Notes under the pieces: generated by a model
What the model was told of the DNA's origin: nothing
The model's input: only the letters and a program-made list of their open reading frames with translations
Database searches by the model: none
Position numbers and translations under genes: made by a program
Assembly: GCA_965637545.1 (NCBI GenBank)
Contig: OZ281498.1
Coordinates: 8,432,001 to 8,496,000 of the forward strand
DNA: 64,000 nucleotides
DNA from: Phallusia mammillata
Lineage: Eukaryota
Direction: 5' to 3'
Shown here: positions 23,701 to 38,700 of the stretch, in pieces
How positions within the stretch are numbered: the stretch's first letter is position 1
Layout: each line of letters opens with the position of its first letter

Positions 23701-26700
23701 CGAGAGATGGGCCGTATTGACTTGTGAAGCCACCAGCCTCACTAATGAGATGTTATCGGTAAAAACAGTGTGCATTGACAGCAACTTACGTATCATTACC
23801 TAGCTTGATGCTTTTGTATTTATACAGTTATCTTAAAACATCTATTAGCGAGATTTTGACAAAACCAACGTTATACGACAGGATCAACTCGCCTGGCAAA
23901 GAGTTCGACAAGCTCGCAACTTGGCCAGCAAGAAGACGATTTGCCGTCAGCATCCGGACCACCAGGGGATATATTCTGACTCCCAGAAGCAGTGTCTACG
24001 TCACATTGGAGTGGGATCGCCTGCTCCGTTAACTCTTGTGGTCCTGGTGAATAAAAAATGAAAGGTAACCAAAATAAAAAATATCACTAAAGAGAAGACT
24101 ATGAAACGTTTGTCTGATTATGTTTAGTAAGTATAGAAATTTCACGTTTTTCTTAAGTTGAAGTGAGGACGGAACAGGGGTAGGCAGCTTAGGTCAAATT
24201 GGGTCAGCAGTTAACAACAAATAAATTCAGAGCTAAAATTCAGATCTACCTGACTATAATGTGTGTATATTTTATTTAGTGTCTCTTTTGTGATCAAAAC
24301 GTGAAAAACGTCAGTTTCTTCATGTATAGCTTTGCATTTTTGTACATTAAAAAGCACAGAAAATTCATTTACTTTGCAGTTTCTGTTTTCACGAGATTTA
24401 TGTAACTTGAGTTTTAAACTTAACAACTGTGTAAAATTTTGAATGTCATTGAGGAAACCGACACCGGAAAAAATGTTATAACCCCGCAGGCCAGAGCAAT
24501 TTCGTCACACCAGCTAACTCGAGTAAATTGAACAAGTCTCTATGTCAGACCTGGGCATTGTACGGCCCGCGGGCCACATCCGGCCCGTTGGCTGTCCCTG
24601 TCCGGCCCGCGTGAGGTCAAGTAAATTGAAACACAAATCAAAAAAGGCCTATTTATGCTGTGCATAAAATACGACAATTGTTTTTGCAGAAATATATATA
24701 GACAAATTTATATTTGTATATTTACGTATTAACGCACATGCGTGGGCGTACAGCTATATGTGATGCTAATCAAAGTCTACATAAAACACAAATTATCCAA
24801 CCCATTGTTACGCAAGAAAGCCATATTGAGCCCTTCTGTGTAACAATGGGTTGGACAACATGTGTTCTATGTAGATTTGATGCTGGTAAGCTAGCCCTCA
24901 TCATGTCAGCCTACTGCAAAAAGAAAAGAGTCGATTCAGAATGCCGCACTTTCAGCAAGGCATGGACTGTTAAATATTTGTTTACAGAAGTCTAAGATAA
25001 ACCTGTGTGTTTAGTTTGTTGGACTCTGTTGCCCTAATGCCGGAGAAATTGATGAGCAGAATTAGGTTTCAACTTTTATTGGTCTGGCCCTCCAACACAA
25101 GTCAGTTTTCTTGTGTGGCCCTTTTCAAAAATTAATTGCCCACCCCTGCTCTATATAGTGCGTAGAAACTAACGAAACACAAGATTTGTCACTTTGTAAA
25201 CTACAGTCAACCTAGGTTAAACCAGATTCGCTTAATTCAGATCTTCGCCTAATTCGTTCAAAACTCAAAGTACAAATGATTTGTAGTGTAGTAAGGCTTT
25301 TTAACTAATCGACATCGGTTAATCCGGATTTTCGCCTAATTCGGACAAAACTTGAGATACGGATAATTTGTAATGTGTAAAACTTGACACTATAATTGAC
25401 ATCGATTAAACCGGATCTTCACCTAATCCGGATACATTTTTGGGTTTAAACGGGTCCGAATTAACCGAGGTTTACTGAATGTACAAAACCACAGCTATTT
25501 AATTAATTTTTGAGACATGCAAATAAAGCACTTACTTATCTGAAGAAATGGGTCGTTTCGATCCTGCCTGGTTCCATGTTTAGGTTTTCCGCCAACAGTA
25601 ACGACAATCACCTCATCCTTGTTACTGCAGTATTGCTGCTCTTTGATATTCACCATCGTTTGCTTGCGTGTAAAGGTGCTGGGTAACTTGCGGGGATAGG
25701 CCAGAACCGGTATCGACAAAACTAGAATGATCCCAGCGCTGATAACAAAACCCACCCACCATGCTCCCACCCATTGGGGGCTGTCGGGGGTGATTGTGGG
25801 GCTGTGGGTGAAAAATGACTAATTTTAACTGAAGGCTTCAAAATAAGTTATACCCAATAAGGGTTCTTAGTTAGTAAATTGAAGTTCTGACTGCTGGGTA
25901 ATTATGAAAGATTAGGTGAACAGTAATTATGGTGTACGTTTTGTAGGAAAAACAAGTTAACAATGCGTTGTGGCTGTTTTTATAGGGCTGTGATTAAGAA
26001 ATATAGCTGCTATTCGTTAATGAGAATTTCATTTTCAAAGTAGTTATGTGGGTAAAATAAATTAGTGAGTTGTAATTATAGGAAACGTTTATAAAAGTTT
26101 TGAAATCATTAGAGTTTCAGTTCAAAAACGTTACTGTTCAAAGCGATTAGTATACAGTGAACAAGTAAATACGGCAAAACAATATTAAAAGATGGTAAAA
26201 CCACCATAAAATACGTATCAGAAGCTCCCAATTAAGACTATTGTCTCTAGTAAACAGTAGCGTCTCACTACACCAGACAGACATTCACATGACAAGGAAA
26301 CCTTTATAAACCACTAAGACTACGAGAGTAAAAAATGCCACCTGTTAGTTTGGGCAATCGCACAACTCACTGCGACAATACACTTCTGTCTGTCTACACC
26401 ACCACGAAATGACAGGATTATAACGCGGAGGCCGAAAAGATATAATTGAAGTATTTCGTTCAAAGCTAAACAGGTTCAATGCCTTTGTATGTGGTTTTAA
26501 TGGTTTTTGATAGAGACTTGTTGATGTCTATACAGTAAATGCGCATAAAAATGTTGAAGCATTTTTTGAAATGAAAAATCGCCGTAATTAAGTTTATTTA
26601 AGTTAAAAAAAAACATTTAGTGGTTCGTCCATGCAATTTTTAGTTGCACATATTTCGCCTCAAGTTTATGTACGTAAACATAAAAATTGTAAAGATTAAA

Positions 26701-29700
26701 CAGTATGCGCAGGATGGTTCTATATTTATATTTTATTTTATTCTATTTAAGTAGGCTACGTGTATTGTCGTAATTAACGTTGATTTATTACCAAATTCCG
26801 ACAGGCTGCCATGAGGAACTAGCTTATAATCGGATAATTCATTAAGCGAAAGGAAACTAGTCTAATGTTCAAACAGTATCTATTAATTTCTGTTTCGCTT
26901 TCCCATGTGTGGTTTCGCCATATAGGGTCGGGAACCTATGGGTCGAAAGTGAAATGTGGCTCTTTAGAAGACTGCGGCTGACAAGTAAATATTTAACATG
27001 TTTTCGACTTCTTGAGTAAAACAACGTTCTCGGGAAAAAAAGAATAAACTAGTAGACTAATATTGTACTCCTAAATTTGTGTTCGAGAATTTTAAAAGTT
27101 ACATTTATCCTGTGATACTGTATTACGTCGTTTTCGCAATTTGTAAATTACGTTGATCGTTGAGCATATTACATGTTAAATATATATTTGAGTTTTAAGT
27201 GTACACAACTAGCCCATCAATACCTCCTTATCACACTTGTCTATTTTAAGATTACTTGTTAGGGTGCGCCCGGCAATTGTCCGTTACTAATCGTCTAGCA
27301 ATGCCAAATGGTAATTTTCACACAACGAAAGGTTGTTTAAAGACATAAAAACAAAATTTTCGTGGTAAAAATGTGTGGTCTCAGGAGTTAAAAGGGGTAA
27401 ACAGTAAAGATGAACACCCTGTTTAAATCGTTTTTCCTGACCGTTTGTTACCTCAGAATAAAGGTCACAAAAGTAGGGTAATTCATTATTCATTACCCCC
27501 AACGCAAAAATCAAAAATGAACAACTATTTAAGGGTTTTCGTTTAGAAAAAGGTTTAGTAAAATGGGCCATTGGGAAATATTTCGTGCGTTTTTCACATT
27601 GCCGTTAACCCTGAACGGCTTTCATAGCAAAACTCTATTGTCGATTACGTAATAATGACACCATTGTTCGTAGTGGAATATGCTTTGGTTCAACAAACAG
27701 CCTTGATAATGTATTTTGAACAGTATATTTGTGCGATTAGAAAGGGAATATGATTGTTAAGTTTATTTGATTCTGTTAACTTTACACTATCTTGAACAAG
27801 GTCACCGATTATGATGAGTTCATTATATTTATACCTTTTTGAGGCAAACGTTTAATTAAAGCTGCTTTAAATAAAGGAACTTACATAGTTCCAACATCAG
27901 TGAAGACTTTTAGCAACTGGCCACCCAAGATGAAACCGATTGCTGGTCCAATCAGAGCACCCATGTAATAAATACCTGCAAAACAAATAAAGATTAGATT
28001 CTCTACTGCTATCTGTCAAAGAATTTTGAAGGTATACACCAACTATTGAATTCAAAGTGTTAAAGTCAGGGCCAAGAAAAGATAAAAAAGATACTGAATA
28101 ACTTTGGCTTTGTCACTGGTTTGATAGTGCTGATAGGGTAAGATATATGGAAAAGGTCAAATGAATTGTTTTATTGTCCAACACAACTATATTACCTAAC
28201 CAAGCATTTTTATGAGGTTATTAAAACCTATGACTTTTTGTTGCATAACGATTTTATTCAATTCTGTACCTCGCCTCAATGCAATGCGAGCCTTTTCCCT
28301 AATAACGAAAGACCTTATACGACTTTTTATAGTATGACTTTTATTCAATTCTGTACCTCGCTAAACAGGATATCAATGCAACCAAGCCGTTTGCCTAATA
28401 AGGAAACATTGGCACGGATCATAACAACAAGGTTCAATAAAGACTGGGTCAAAACAACAAAACAGTATCACAACAATAAAGATTTTATGCTCGATAGGGG
28501 ATCATTAGGGCGGTTATAAGGTTTTACGAAAGGTGCTTAGCGTATGATGACGTGAGGCGCTACCACCTCTAAATCATATTTAATGATTAATTAGAAGCCT
28601 TTGTTAAAATTTAGCACTTTAATGAGCTCCACTATAAGCTTAGGCAAAAGTAGTAAACAAAACGTCCACATAACAAAGCCCTTGGACCCATGCAGTAAAC
28701 AACTGCTGGTCTGGTGAGTATCAGCACTCCAGTTACAGCTATTTGATAACGTAAATGTGTCGTAGCTTATTGGGAACAGGCTCTTCAATACGACGAACAA
28801 CAGACACTTGAAAACCAGAGTCACGGCAACGATTTTTTGTTCCATGTCGCAATGCAATTGCAAATCACTGAATGGCCACGGTACAGACAGAACGCTTCGT
28901 TTGCACTAAGTGATTTTTTTGCGGTTTTCGCACACCACAATTGCTATGCCCAAGTACGTTTTGAAATGGTATGCAAGACGCTATTTTATTGCACGCCATC
29001 GTCAAAATATTGTTTAAAATCAGGTTACAACCCATGCAGAGGCAGAAAATGGTAGGTTTCCAGCCATTGATTTTCACTGTCTGTGTTTATGTATAAATAA
29101 TGTACGAAATAGTTACACCTAGTTGTTTAGATACGACATACCAAAAATTTATGTTAAAATCTGTGATTGAAAAGCAGTTTTATGGTAATTTTGTTGACAA
29201 TTTTTAAGCTTTTGTCACGATGGATGGCGTATATTTATTATAACAAGGCATGTGTTTTTTAACGAGACATTTAACTTCATTGTTTGCTTTTGACACAAAA
29301 ACTGTTTACTTCTAATCAACAGCTGATCAATGTAAGAGAATGAAAATTACAGTTAAAAACTAATAACAGTGCAAAGCATACATATAAGGCATTATAGCGC
29401 TGTCTGAGACAATTGTTACCGAGGTTAATAGCGCAAAATAGCACAACGCCCAGTTTAGGGCAAGAGGAACTAATAAAAATACGTAACTGGGTTCGGTATA
29501 CACTTTCTCCCTTTTGTGTACTACTAAGAATTCAAGACACCAGGAATTGGAAATTACTTAACGTCTGAAACACCCAATAGCACCTAAAATTGCGCAATGA
29601 AATATGCCTTGTTTTTTTGAAAATTGAAATTTTTGCAAGCAGGAACTGGTATCAGCAATTTTTGCGTGGGTGCGTTTAGCTTCAGGCATTTTTCACTCTC

Positions 29701-32700
29701 GACTGTAGGTATGTCACAAAGTAAGAACTTTAGTCACACAAAGTTTGCTAATGTCCGATAGGGGACGTAAAGAGCATTTGCGAATATTTAAAAGCAAAAA
29801 ATGTGTAAAAATGCTGACGGTTAAAGCCAGTGATGGGATTCAAAGTTTTTGTCAGCCGGTTTTATGACAAAAGTCATATTTTTCAGTCGGTTCTGTTACA
29901 AAACGTCCTTTGACAGTAACCAGTAATGCTAACCGGTTCGCTGGTCTCCTAAAAATTCGTGAGACGGTTCTATAGAACCGGTGCGAACCGGCTGAATCCC
30001 ACCACCGGTTAGAGCTATTGGTTCGTAACATATCCCAGACTCACTGTCAATATAAATTAATGTGCTTTTTACGCCCTCTATCAGGAATTAGCAAACTTTT
30101 TGCGATTTAAGTTTTAACGTTAGTAGATCTACCTAAAACAACCGTTCCAACCATACGCGGAATGCAGATGCACTCAAAGGTAAAGTCATTTGACGTGCTG
30201 ACAGACCAGAAAACTGTATGTCGCAAAAGGTGCATTGTCCATTATTCTATTTTCAGTTCTTGTCACGTTTTGGCGGCCACGAGGAGATTGCGATAACTGA
30301 TATTATGTCACTTAAGTGTGACACATCCGTTAGTAAAGTTGCGCTATAATGGTGTAAGTTCTTTTCAGTTTGTGATTTTGGTATTTTCACATGCGTATAG
30401 TAAGCAAATTAAAATTCTACCTTTGTTTGGAGTAAAAACAGTTCGTAACCACATCAGGTAAAGGTACCTTGATGGGTTAGCTGTACTATAAACACACAAT
30501 TTGAGCGCTTTTAAAAAATAAACTAAACACCCTAAAGGCAACGACATTTTATTTGGATAGACTGTGGCCCAATTCATTGGCTGTGCAACAAATAAAGTTT
30601 AAATTTGCTATGTGACTACCAGAATCATCATTTCGACAAAGAAAACAAAATTTCCTACATATTGTCAATGTGTAAAAAAATGTACATTTTAAGCTTATGC
30701 AAAAAAATTCACTTCGCTTGTCATCGAAATTTGAAAAAAACACAATATTTTTCGTAATTGTGCAAAGCCTCAAGTATTACATTCTTGTTACAAGTTAAGC
30801 ACCGCCAAACGAAATGTCATGGACACAGACACTTAAAACAACACATTTAGCTGTCTGTCGCGAAGACCAAACCACAAAAGGAAAGGTCAATAAGCAAAGC
30901 GTCTACAACTATGTTGATTGAATAAGCGATAGGACGCAGAGATATGAACGTACGCGTTGATACGTCAAAAACCTTTTAACGAGTTCCAGCATGATGTAAA
31001 CGTTTTTGCAAATTAGCAGTTTTTGACAAGGCACCGTGCCAGATTTTATATCACGGTTAAAGCAGTGACTTTACGATCGCAGATTACATTACCTGACGGC
31101 TATGCATTGGAAAAAGGCTTTTGCAACATACAGTACACCTCGGGTAATCCGGATCTTCGTCTAATTCTGACAAAACTCGAGGCATGAATGGTTTGTAGTG
31201 TGGTAAGGCTTTAACTAATCGAAATCGGTTTATCCGGATCTTCGCCTATTTTTTGCTTCGAAACAGGTCCTGTTTAGCCGGGGTTTTTATCTACTGGTCC
31301 AACAGATATTTTTGTTTAAAAATACAAAGTTATACTCGACCATGCGCTTCACAATAGGCTTGTTGGACAGACAGGTGGTCGTTATTAAAAGTATGGACCT
31401 CTCCAGTGGCAAGGGCACTTGGTTTCATTTTTAGGTTACTTTGAAGCAATGAGGCAATATACTGGAGGTCAAGCTACTGGGGAAAATAGTATGAATCAGA
31501 CAAACTTGAAATTTATAAAAAAGTGTGGTCAAGATTTTTTCAAAACATTTTTTTAACTTGTCTTGTATTGGGAAAAAATGATACGCAAAACTTCGACGTT
31601 GATTGCGTTTCTTCTAAACTTTCCACATTTTTAACGGTACTTTCAATCAATGACAACCAATAACATCGATTAGCACCATAATTGGACTTTCAACACGAAC
31701 AATAATGTCAGCATCGTTTTTAGCAGGGGCTAAATATTATTATCCACGCCTCAGGAGACATCTATCGTGCCATTGTTGAAGTAACTTTGCTATTAAATCA
31801 ATGTCTTCTTCACTGTGTCACATGAGAAAAAAATTGGAACTTTTTTTTGCATTTGTTGATGGTTAGTGTCGAACTCTATCTTAACTGCCGGATTGTGTAG
31901 ACATTTTGAACAGTCCGGAATTTTAATTTTACACCCATTTGCAAGATCTTCCAAGTCGTACAAAGATAGCAAATACAGATAATTTTTCACAATTACGACG
32001 CAACAAAAAGTAGTTGTTACAGAATGCAGAGATGGCATTAATTTGTACAGCTCATTTTTTAAGTGGGCCGGGTTCGGGCATTCGGGCCTGACTTCACATT
32101 CTATGTCCGTAATTTTTTTAATATACATTACCAGGGTTTTTTTAAGGTTTGGTTTGGGTGACCGCTAAGTAGTTTTAAGAGACCGCAAGTGTTTCATTTA
32201 AATACCAAAAACTGTAGTTGTAGTTGCAAGTCCAAATTTTGGGAAACCGCTGGAGAAATTTGGGCGACCGTTTCGGTCCCCCAAAACACCTTAAAAAAAC
32301 ACTGTACATTACCAAGATAAGTAGCTAGTTGCTGGGTATATCCGAATATCCAACAGCCGAAAAACTTCTTGTTTAGGCTATTATATATTATTGTCCATCG
32401 TGTATGTCTTCTTTACTATAACTTTCGGGCCTTAACGGGCTTCTCAAAAACGATTCGGGTTCAGGCCAGGCTACAGCCATTACTTTCGGGATCTGGACTG
32501 TTACAACTCGGGGCTGTATATTGTTTTTTTCAGTTGGTACAACGCACACGTGCCCCATAGGTACAAGTACAACGAGTTACGCAACAAGACAAGATCAGTT
32601 GCAGTAAGTGCGTCAACAACTGCCGCAACAGGACATAGAATCAATACAATCCCAGTCAAATCGATAATCTAATTAGAGCGTTGTAAATACACGACTCTGT

Positions 32701-35700
32701 CGCCTGTACAGACTTATCATCAGATGTACAAGGGTAACGATTGTGCGCTCATTGGACGTAAGGTTGCTGGTTCGTTTCTGTTGCGCAATATTGAAAAGTC
32801 TAAGTTTTGTAATGTTGTTCAATTTCGCCACATGGTCGTACTAGAAATTAATGTTATTAATATAAAATTGTTACATGGACTACTTGAAAAGGATCTGTTC
32901 ATAAGTTTAGTAAGAAATATGATGGCCCAAATATACGTAAAAAGTGACATGATTTGTTGTTCAGACGCTTCGGCAAATGCTTAAGAGATTATTACAGTTG
33001 CAAAACCTGGCCTCAAATTGCATTCCCATTCGAGTCAATAATGTTAAAGCAAATTCCAAAACAAGTTCATGTCGTTAACCATAATAGCCCGACGTGTGAA
33101 GTTAGTTGCAAAACAGTAATCTTAACCCCGACTTCGCGATTAAAACTGAGAAGCGAATGGTTTTCTTAAGCAATCTCATGCCAAGATATACAAAAAGTCC
33201 TTTTTTTTACATTTTCACAAATTTCGCGACCGGTTGTGTTAATGCCCCAAAATGCAGGACTTAAAAAAATACTGTTGTAAAACATGGTTTTGTTAAAATC
33301 ATACAAAAACATTGGGCTTAGAACTACCGACAAATAAGAACCTACACAAAAAACGAAACATTGTCAATTAAAAACCTGGTCTGAAAAGAAGACCATAATA
33401 AGGCACCGTATTGTAACAACATCGTACAACAGACATTTTGACTATTTTTCCATCATATGACAAAACGGTTGATGCGGAACGGCCAGGTGTGTTCACGCAT
33501 CCCAAAGCACGCACTGTTTTGTATCTCAAAAACTGCTTATTATTTTAACAAACAACAAAACATGTTTTACACAGTGAATGACCCGAACAAGCTGTTTGTT
33601 TTGGTAGGAGACGGTAAAATCGGTGATCCGTGACGGGATATGCGCACGAGCGAAGTTCGCCGAATTATTGAAACTCGCTAATAATGAAACTAACAACTTG
33701 TAACTTAGCGAGGTAATAGGTACTTAAATAGACCTGCACAGCTTATTACTGGTGCTGTTTTCAACCATAGTTCGTCCAATTTTCCATATATGACAAGAAA
33801 ATGGGTGTGTCTGCGATAACCTAGTGCGATCCCACCAACAACTTGAAACTAATTCGCTTTGATACGAACCATTTACTCGATCAGACATGGCAACTGAAGG
33901 GACCTTACATTACAGTGATAGATGCTTTTTATCACAAGCTATGATTTAACACTATACACGGATCTGTTCATAAGTTTAATAAGGGAAATAGTGGCCCAAA
34001 TATATCACTGATGATGGCATTGACATTTGTCGAAACGCTTTTTATGCCTGTTTGAGACGTTATTATCCTCATTAGGCTATGAAGCGTTCACAGATTTTTA
34101 CAGTAAGTCATACAAACTATAAACTAAAACATGCTACGGGTATCGGTTTTGATATATAAACTTCCTTGCTTACGTTTAAGACACAGCATCATGTCTTGAT
34201 CAATCGTCTTGACATTATGTTACATTTTAATGTTAAATACGTCAATCTGGCGGAAAATTGGTATAGTACTTTTTACACAGGGTATTTTGAGCGGGAAAAA
34301 AATATGTGTAACCCGAAACTGCTTAGAAAGATTCAAACACCCAACAACTTTTTAGTTAATCTAGCCAATCTACACGTGTAGATTTGCCTAAAAAACAAAC
34401 TTGCTTTACTATACCACGTCAGCAAGCTTACTCGATCGCCCGAGCGTGGGTAGACAAGGGGCACTTCGGGATTTCACTGGTCGTGTTTTTCACTACATTC
34501 TCAAGTGGGTAGCTTTGCTCTTGACCTGGTGTTAGTGAATGTTTGTTTTTAGGAATAAACCGGAACTAGAAACAGGAATTGGCGACAATAGCGTGAGAAT
34601 TGCTTAGTGTGGCATGTTTGAGTGTTTGAACTAGATACTACGCTGTAAGTACATCCACCAATCCCACCTGGAAATCAATATCTTGTAAATTACACACGAG
34701 TAAGCCTTATTCAAACGAACGAACTCTACATACAAGCTGTACTGTTTTTAAAGCTGGTTCTTTTTTGACTTGGGTCGTTATTTGTCTTTATCGTTTTCGC
34801 AACATTAAACATTGTATCACCTAATAAATGTTTTTAAGACACCTTTAAATAACACAAAATTAGTAAAACAAGACAGTTGTAAGCACTATTAGCAGCCAGC
34901 GCAGTACCTTTGAGCATATTATAAGCCCCATGCAGAGAAAGTTAGGAAAAGAATCATTACTGGCATTATTAAAAACATGTTTTTTGATTTTTTTTTTTTT
35001 GGAAGGGAAATTATAATGCGTTGACAAATTGCAGTCATGCACAAAAATACATGCAAAGAAAACCAGACAAACAAAAGGCGTATTTTTATGCTCAATCTGC
35101 AAATGTGCCATGAAATCGTATATTTAACCGCTCTATGGTGGGCCATAACATAGCCAATATCTCTAAACCACAGTAATATATTCCCAAAAATAAAACATAT
35201 AAATCTCAGTAACATCAATGAAATAGCACCATACATCACACTAGGCCACCCACCAAGCAGAAAAGCCGGTGGATCGCGTTATAAATAGGCCAGGTTAACC
35301 AACTGCTAAGCTATCGACCAAATAGTAACAGTATGACGGATTACCAGACGTTAATCCCAAGCCGGTGTGCAAAGCATTGCCGGGATTAGCTGGCTAATTC
35401 GGACGCTGTGTGTCAGGTTTATCATTACTGACCTGACAAGGAGAGGGTTAGTAATGTCTGCATACACGGAAACCTGTTGTGCCCTGGATTTTGTACGTGT
35501 AAAATATTGTACACTTAAAATGATTTTTTTGCCCGCACAATGATTCTGCCTCAGTTAAAAACACACAGATTTGAAATATGCTTCAATGCATATAACATTT
35601 TTTGGTTTCGAATCTTGTCTTGCGTTATCTAATTTCAGATTGAGATTTTGAAGCTTAAGATAGATTTTACGTGGGGGACCAGAGACTTTATGAATATGTA

Positions 35701-38700
35701 AACCGCCCGTCACTAAAAAAAATTAAAAGCACTTGCCCAACAGACACACACAAAGAGATGTAAGTCAGGCCAGGTTCGAGTTTAAGCTTGAATAAAACAG
35801 ATGTTAGAGACCCATTTCGTTGAGGTAATTTTTTAGTTTTATGGTTGGTTCGAGACGGCAAGCGCAAAAAAGTATCTAGTTTTACCGATATCAGATAAAA
35901 GGCGAACAAATCAGATTAAATTGGCCGCTCACAAAACGAAAGTTTTCATATTTTGCTTTAGGCAATCAAAAACAATAGAAATCTATTTTAATTTTGCCTT
36001 TTATAGTCGCAGGAAGATCACACAATCATTTAACATCGACATTTCGTCAGACTGTAGGTAACTGGTATACAAGGAACTTCCCTCACTGCAAACACACTCC
36101 AGTAACGGGAAATGTCTACAACTAGTTTCGAAAAGTGTCGTGTCAGTGAACTAGAGTGCCACTCCAAACGCCCCCCGCAAAATTTCCATTAGGAATAGGG
36201 CGCGAAAATTTGCCCTGTTTACCAACGGCCAAACCAGGCGGGCATTGCAGCACTTGCAAAAACGACCGACCTACATGCTACAGAGCGGCTACATTGGGTT
36301 TTGGCACACGCTAAGCAAATAGAAGAATTGAGAACAATGGCTTTTTGCTGTGGATTGTTAAAACGCTTTATGTGACCCTAAACGACCAAAAACAGGTTGT
36401 TTGTAACTACCAGCATAGCGTTCGTTCATAACACTATTTGAAGCACTTTATTCGGCCAATCGGTTTAGTGTTTTGACATTAAAAATGGACTCCAAACAGA
36501 CTTGATGAAATATCAAAGTACCATTTTCACACTGATGATGACAGCGATTGTTCAAAACGTCTGCATTCAAATAACTGCGCTTCGTACAGCCCCTTTGGCA
36601 GATGAGTATTAGACAAACAATACGGTACTACCTTTAACTTAAATTTCAACACGTCCCACTCCCACACACACAAAAAAGGTATTGTAGCAACTTGATTCTT
36701 AAAGTGTATTGTTGTCAAAGTTGTGATCAAAAGGTTATGTAACCGCGTGTTCATGTCTAGTAGTCTGAAAGACTCAAAGACTTTCGCGTAGTTTGAACTG
36801 TATGTCGTTACATTAGCTTCCTAATTTGGCGTGGGGCTCCTAGCAGCAATGACCGTATTAAATACCAAAGAAGGAAATTATGGGATAGATTCAAATTATA
36901 CAACTGAAACCAGATTACACAAAAACGTCACATTACAATAACACACGCGCATCAAAGGCCACACGAGCTGTGTATTGGTAAAAACAGGAACCGAAAAATT
37001 CCAGCCGATACGAACGAATACAAAATTTCATTTCTTTCAACAGCTGCGGGCAGAATGGCTGGCGCAGCCCCTATCGTATGTCATCCGTTTATTAAAACTG
37101 GAAATTACGAGGCACCTGTCGCATAGAAACGTCTGCATAATGCATATAAACGTCTGTTACAATATGTGCAATGCGTTAGCACAGAGCTTTCGTGTTGAAA
37201 AATGCTTTTCAATGCGTCGGTTGAGGTTTTTGTAGGCTTTAGAAGTTTAGATGCTCGGGCATATCCATTACACGCTTAAAAATGCCTACATGCTCGCATT
37301 AAAGCACGGCGTTTGCATAATGCATGCTGACTTGCTACTGCACGTTGCAACGTATGGAATACTGGAGCATACTATAAAATGTTATACATTTGAAACCTGA
37401 AATCGGATTTTCTTTAACCGCATGCTGGCCCAGACAAAAAATCTAAATGCGTCCTGGACCACCTGTCCATATGACGCGTGCCGACGCGTGTTATTGATTG
37501 TAAAGTGGGATATACGTCAAATAGCGTTTTAATGCCGAAAAACATGACCACTTAATAGGTAAATCCGTGTTAAACAAAGAATCAACTCATTAACGCGAAA
37601 TTACAGGCCTATTAGATAGGTAGTGAATCAATAACATGCATTATCACTGCAGTTTATGCGAATTCGTTACGCAAACCTTCCAAAGAGAAGATTAAACTAC
37701 ACAAACATCAAGAAATAAAAATGAAGCAAACATATTCAGTATAGTCCAATTACGATTTCATGTAGAAAACAGCGATGACATTGTACGCATGTAAATGTCA
37801 GGAAAGAGTCAAAACCCCTACAGACCAGAAGATAATGACAAATGACAGGTCGTAGGCCTTAATAGTTGACGTTCATAGGCTAGTTCCCTTTCAAAGATGT
37901 GAAACGTGAGACAGGAACTGGCCACAGGCAATAGAATTCAGCTACAGCATCAAGTAAATACATCTACATTCCTTCGAATAAATATGTTGGGCTGCATTTA
38001 GGTATTTACGCGTTTTTTGCGTACATTAAACCTCGGTTCATACGGACCCGTTCGGACTAAAAAAATTGTCCGGATTAGGCGAAGATCTGCTTAAACCGAA
38101 GTCGTTTTGTTAAAGCCTTGCCACATTACAAATCAAATGAACCTCAAGTTTTGTCCCAATTGGCGAAGATCCGGATTAACCGATGTCGATTAGTTAAAGC
38201 CTTACCACATTACAAATCATTTGTACCTCAAATTTCGTCCGAATTAGGCAAAGATCCAGATTAACAGAATCCGATTTAACCGAGGTTCAGTGTATTTCGA
38301 TAGTTACGCGTTATAAAGTAGTTTTTACCAAATTGTTTTGCCCTAGCAATGCTATAGTAACCACATTTAAAAAAATCAAATCGTTTGCACTGCATTCGAA
38401 CTTACAACAACGCGCATTGAGCGTTTCCTGCTAGCATCCTGTACGTAACAGCGAATTTGGCAGGTGACCAGTGTGTTTCGAGTGTAGGGGGAGGCATAAC
38501 ATTCAATTCACCATAGTCCACGACCAGTCATTTTCCCCTACATGAATCAGGCCGCTTGCCAAAATACCCACTTCGTTACATCCTGTCCTCACCGCACTAA
38601 CAATCAGCTAGTATCAAGCCACCTTTACTACAGCACAGTTTCTAAAGCCGTTTTTCACTACACAGGATTTTGCGTTTGAAAACGGGACCATAGATACACT

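Noticed and set aside
28166-28519. 117-aa plus-strand ORF in SLCO intron 5
   Set aside because: Contains a local direct repeat (TTTTATTCAATTCTGTACCTCGC x2), no homology recognised, no convincing splice sites.
31793-32128. 111-aa Cys-containing minus-strand ORF
   Set aside because: Begins inside a MITE relic; no domain recognised.
32954-33169. ORF with [10 protein letters not shown], faintly like a Penelope GIY-YIG C-terminus, next to a hammerhead relic
   Set aside because: Similarity is too short to support without a profile search; no RT or GIY-YIG motifs seen.
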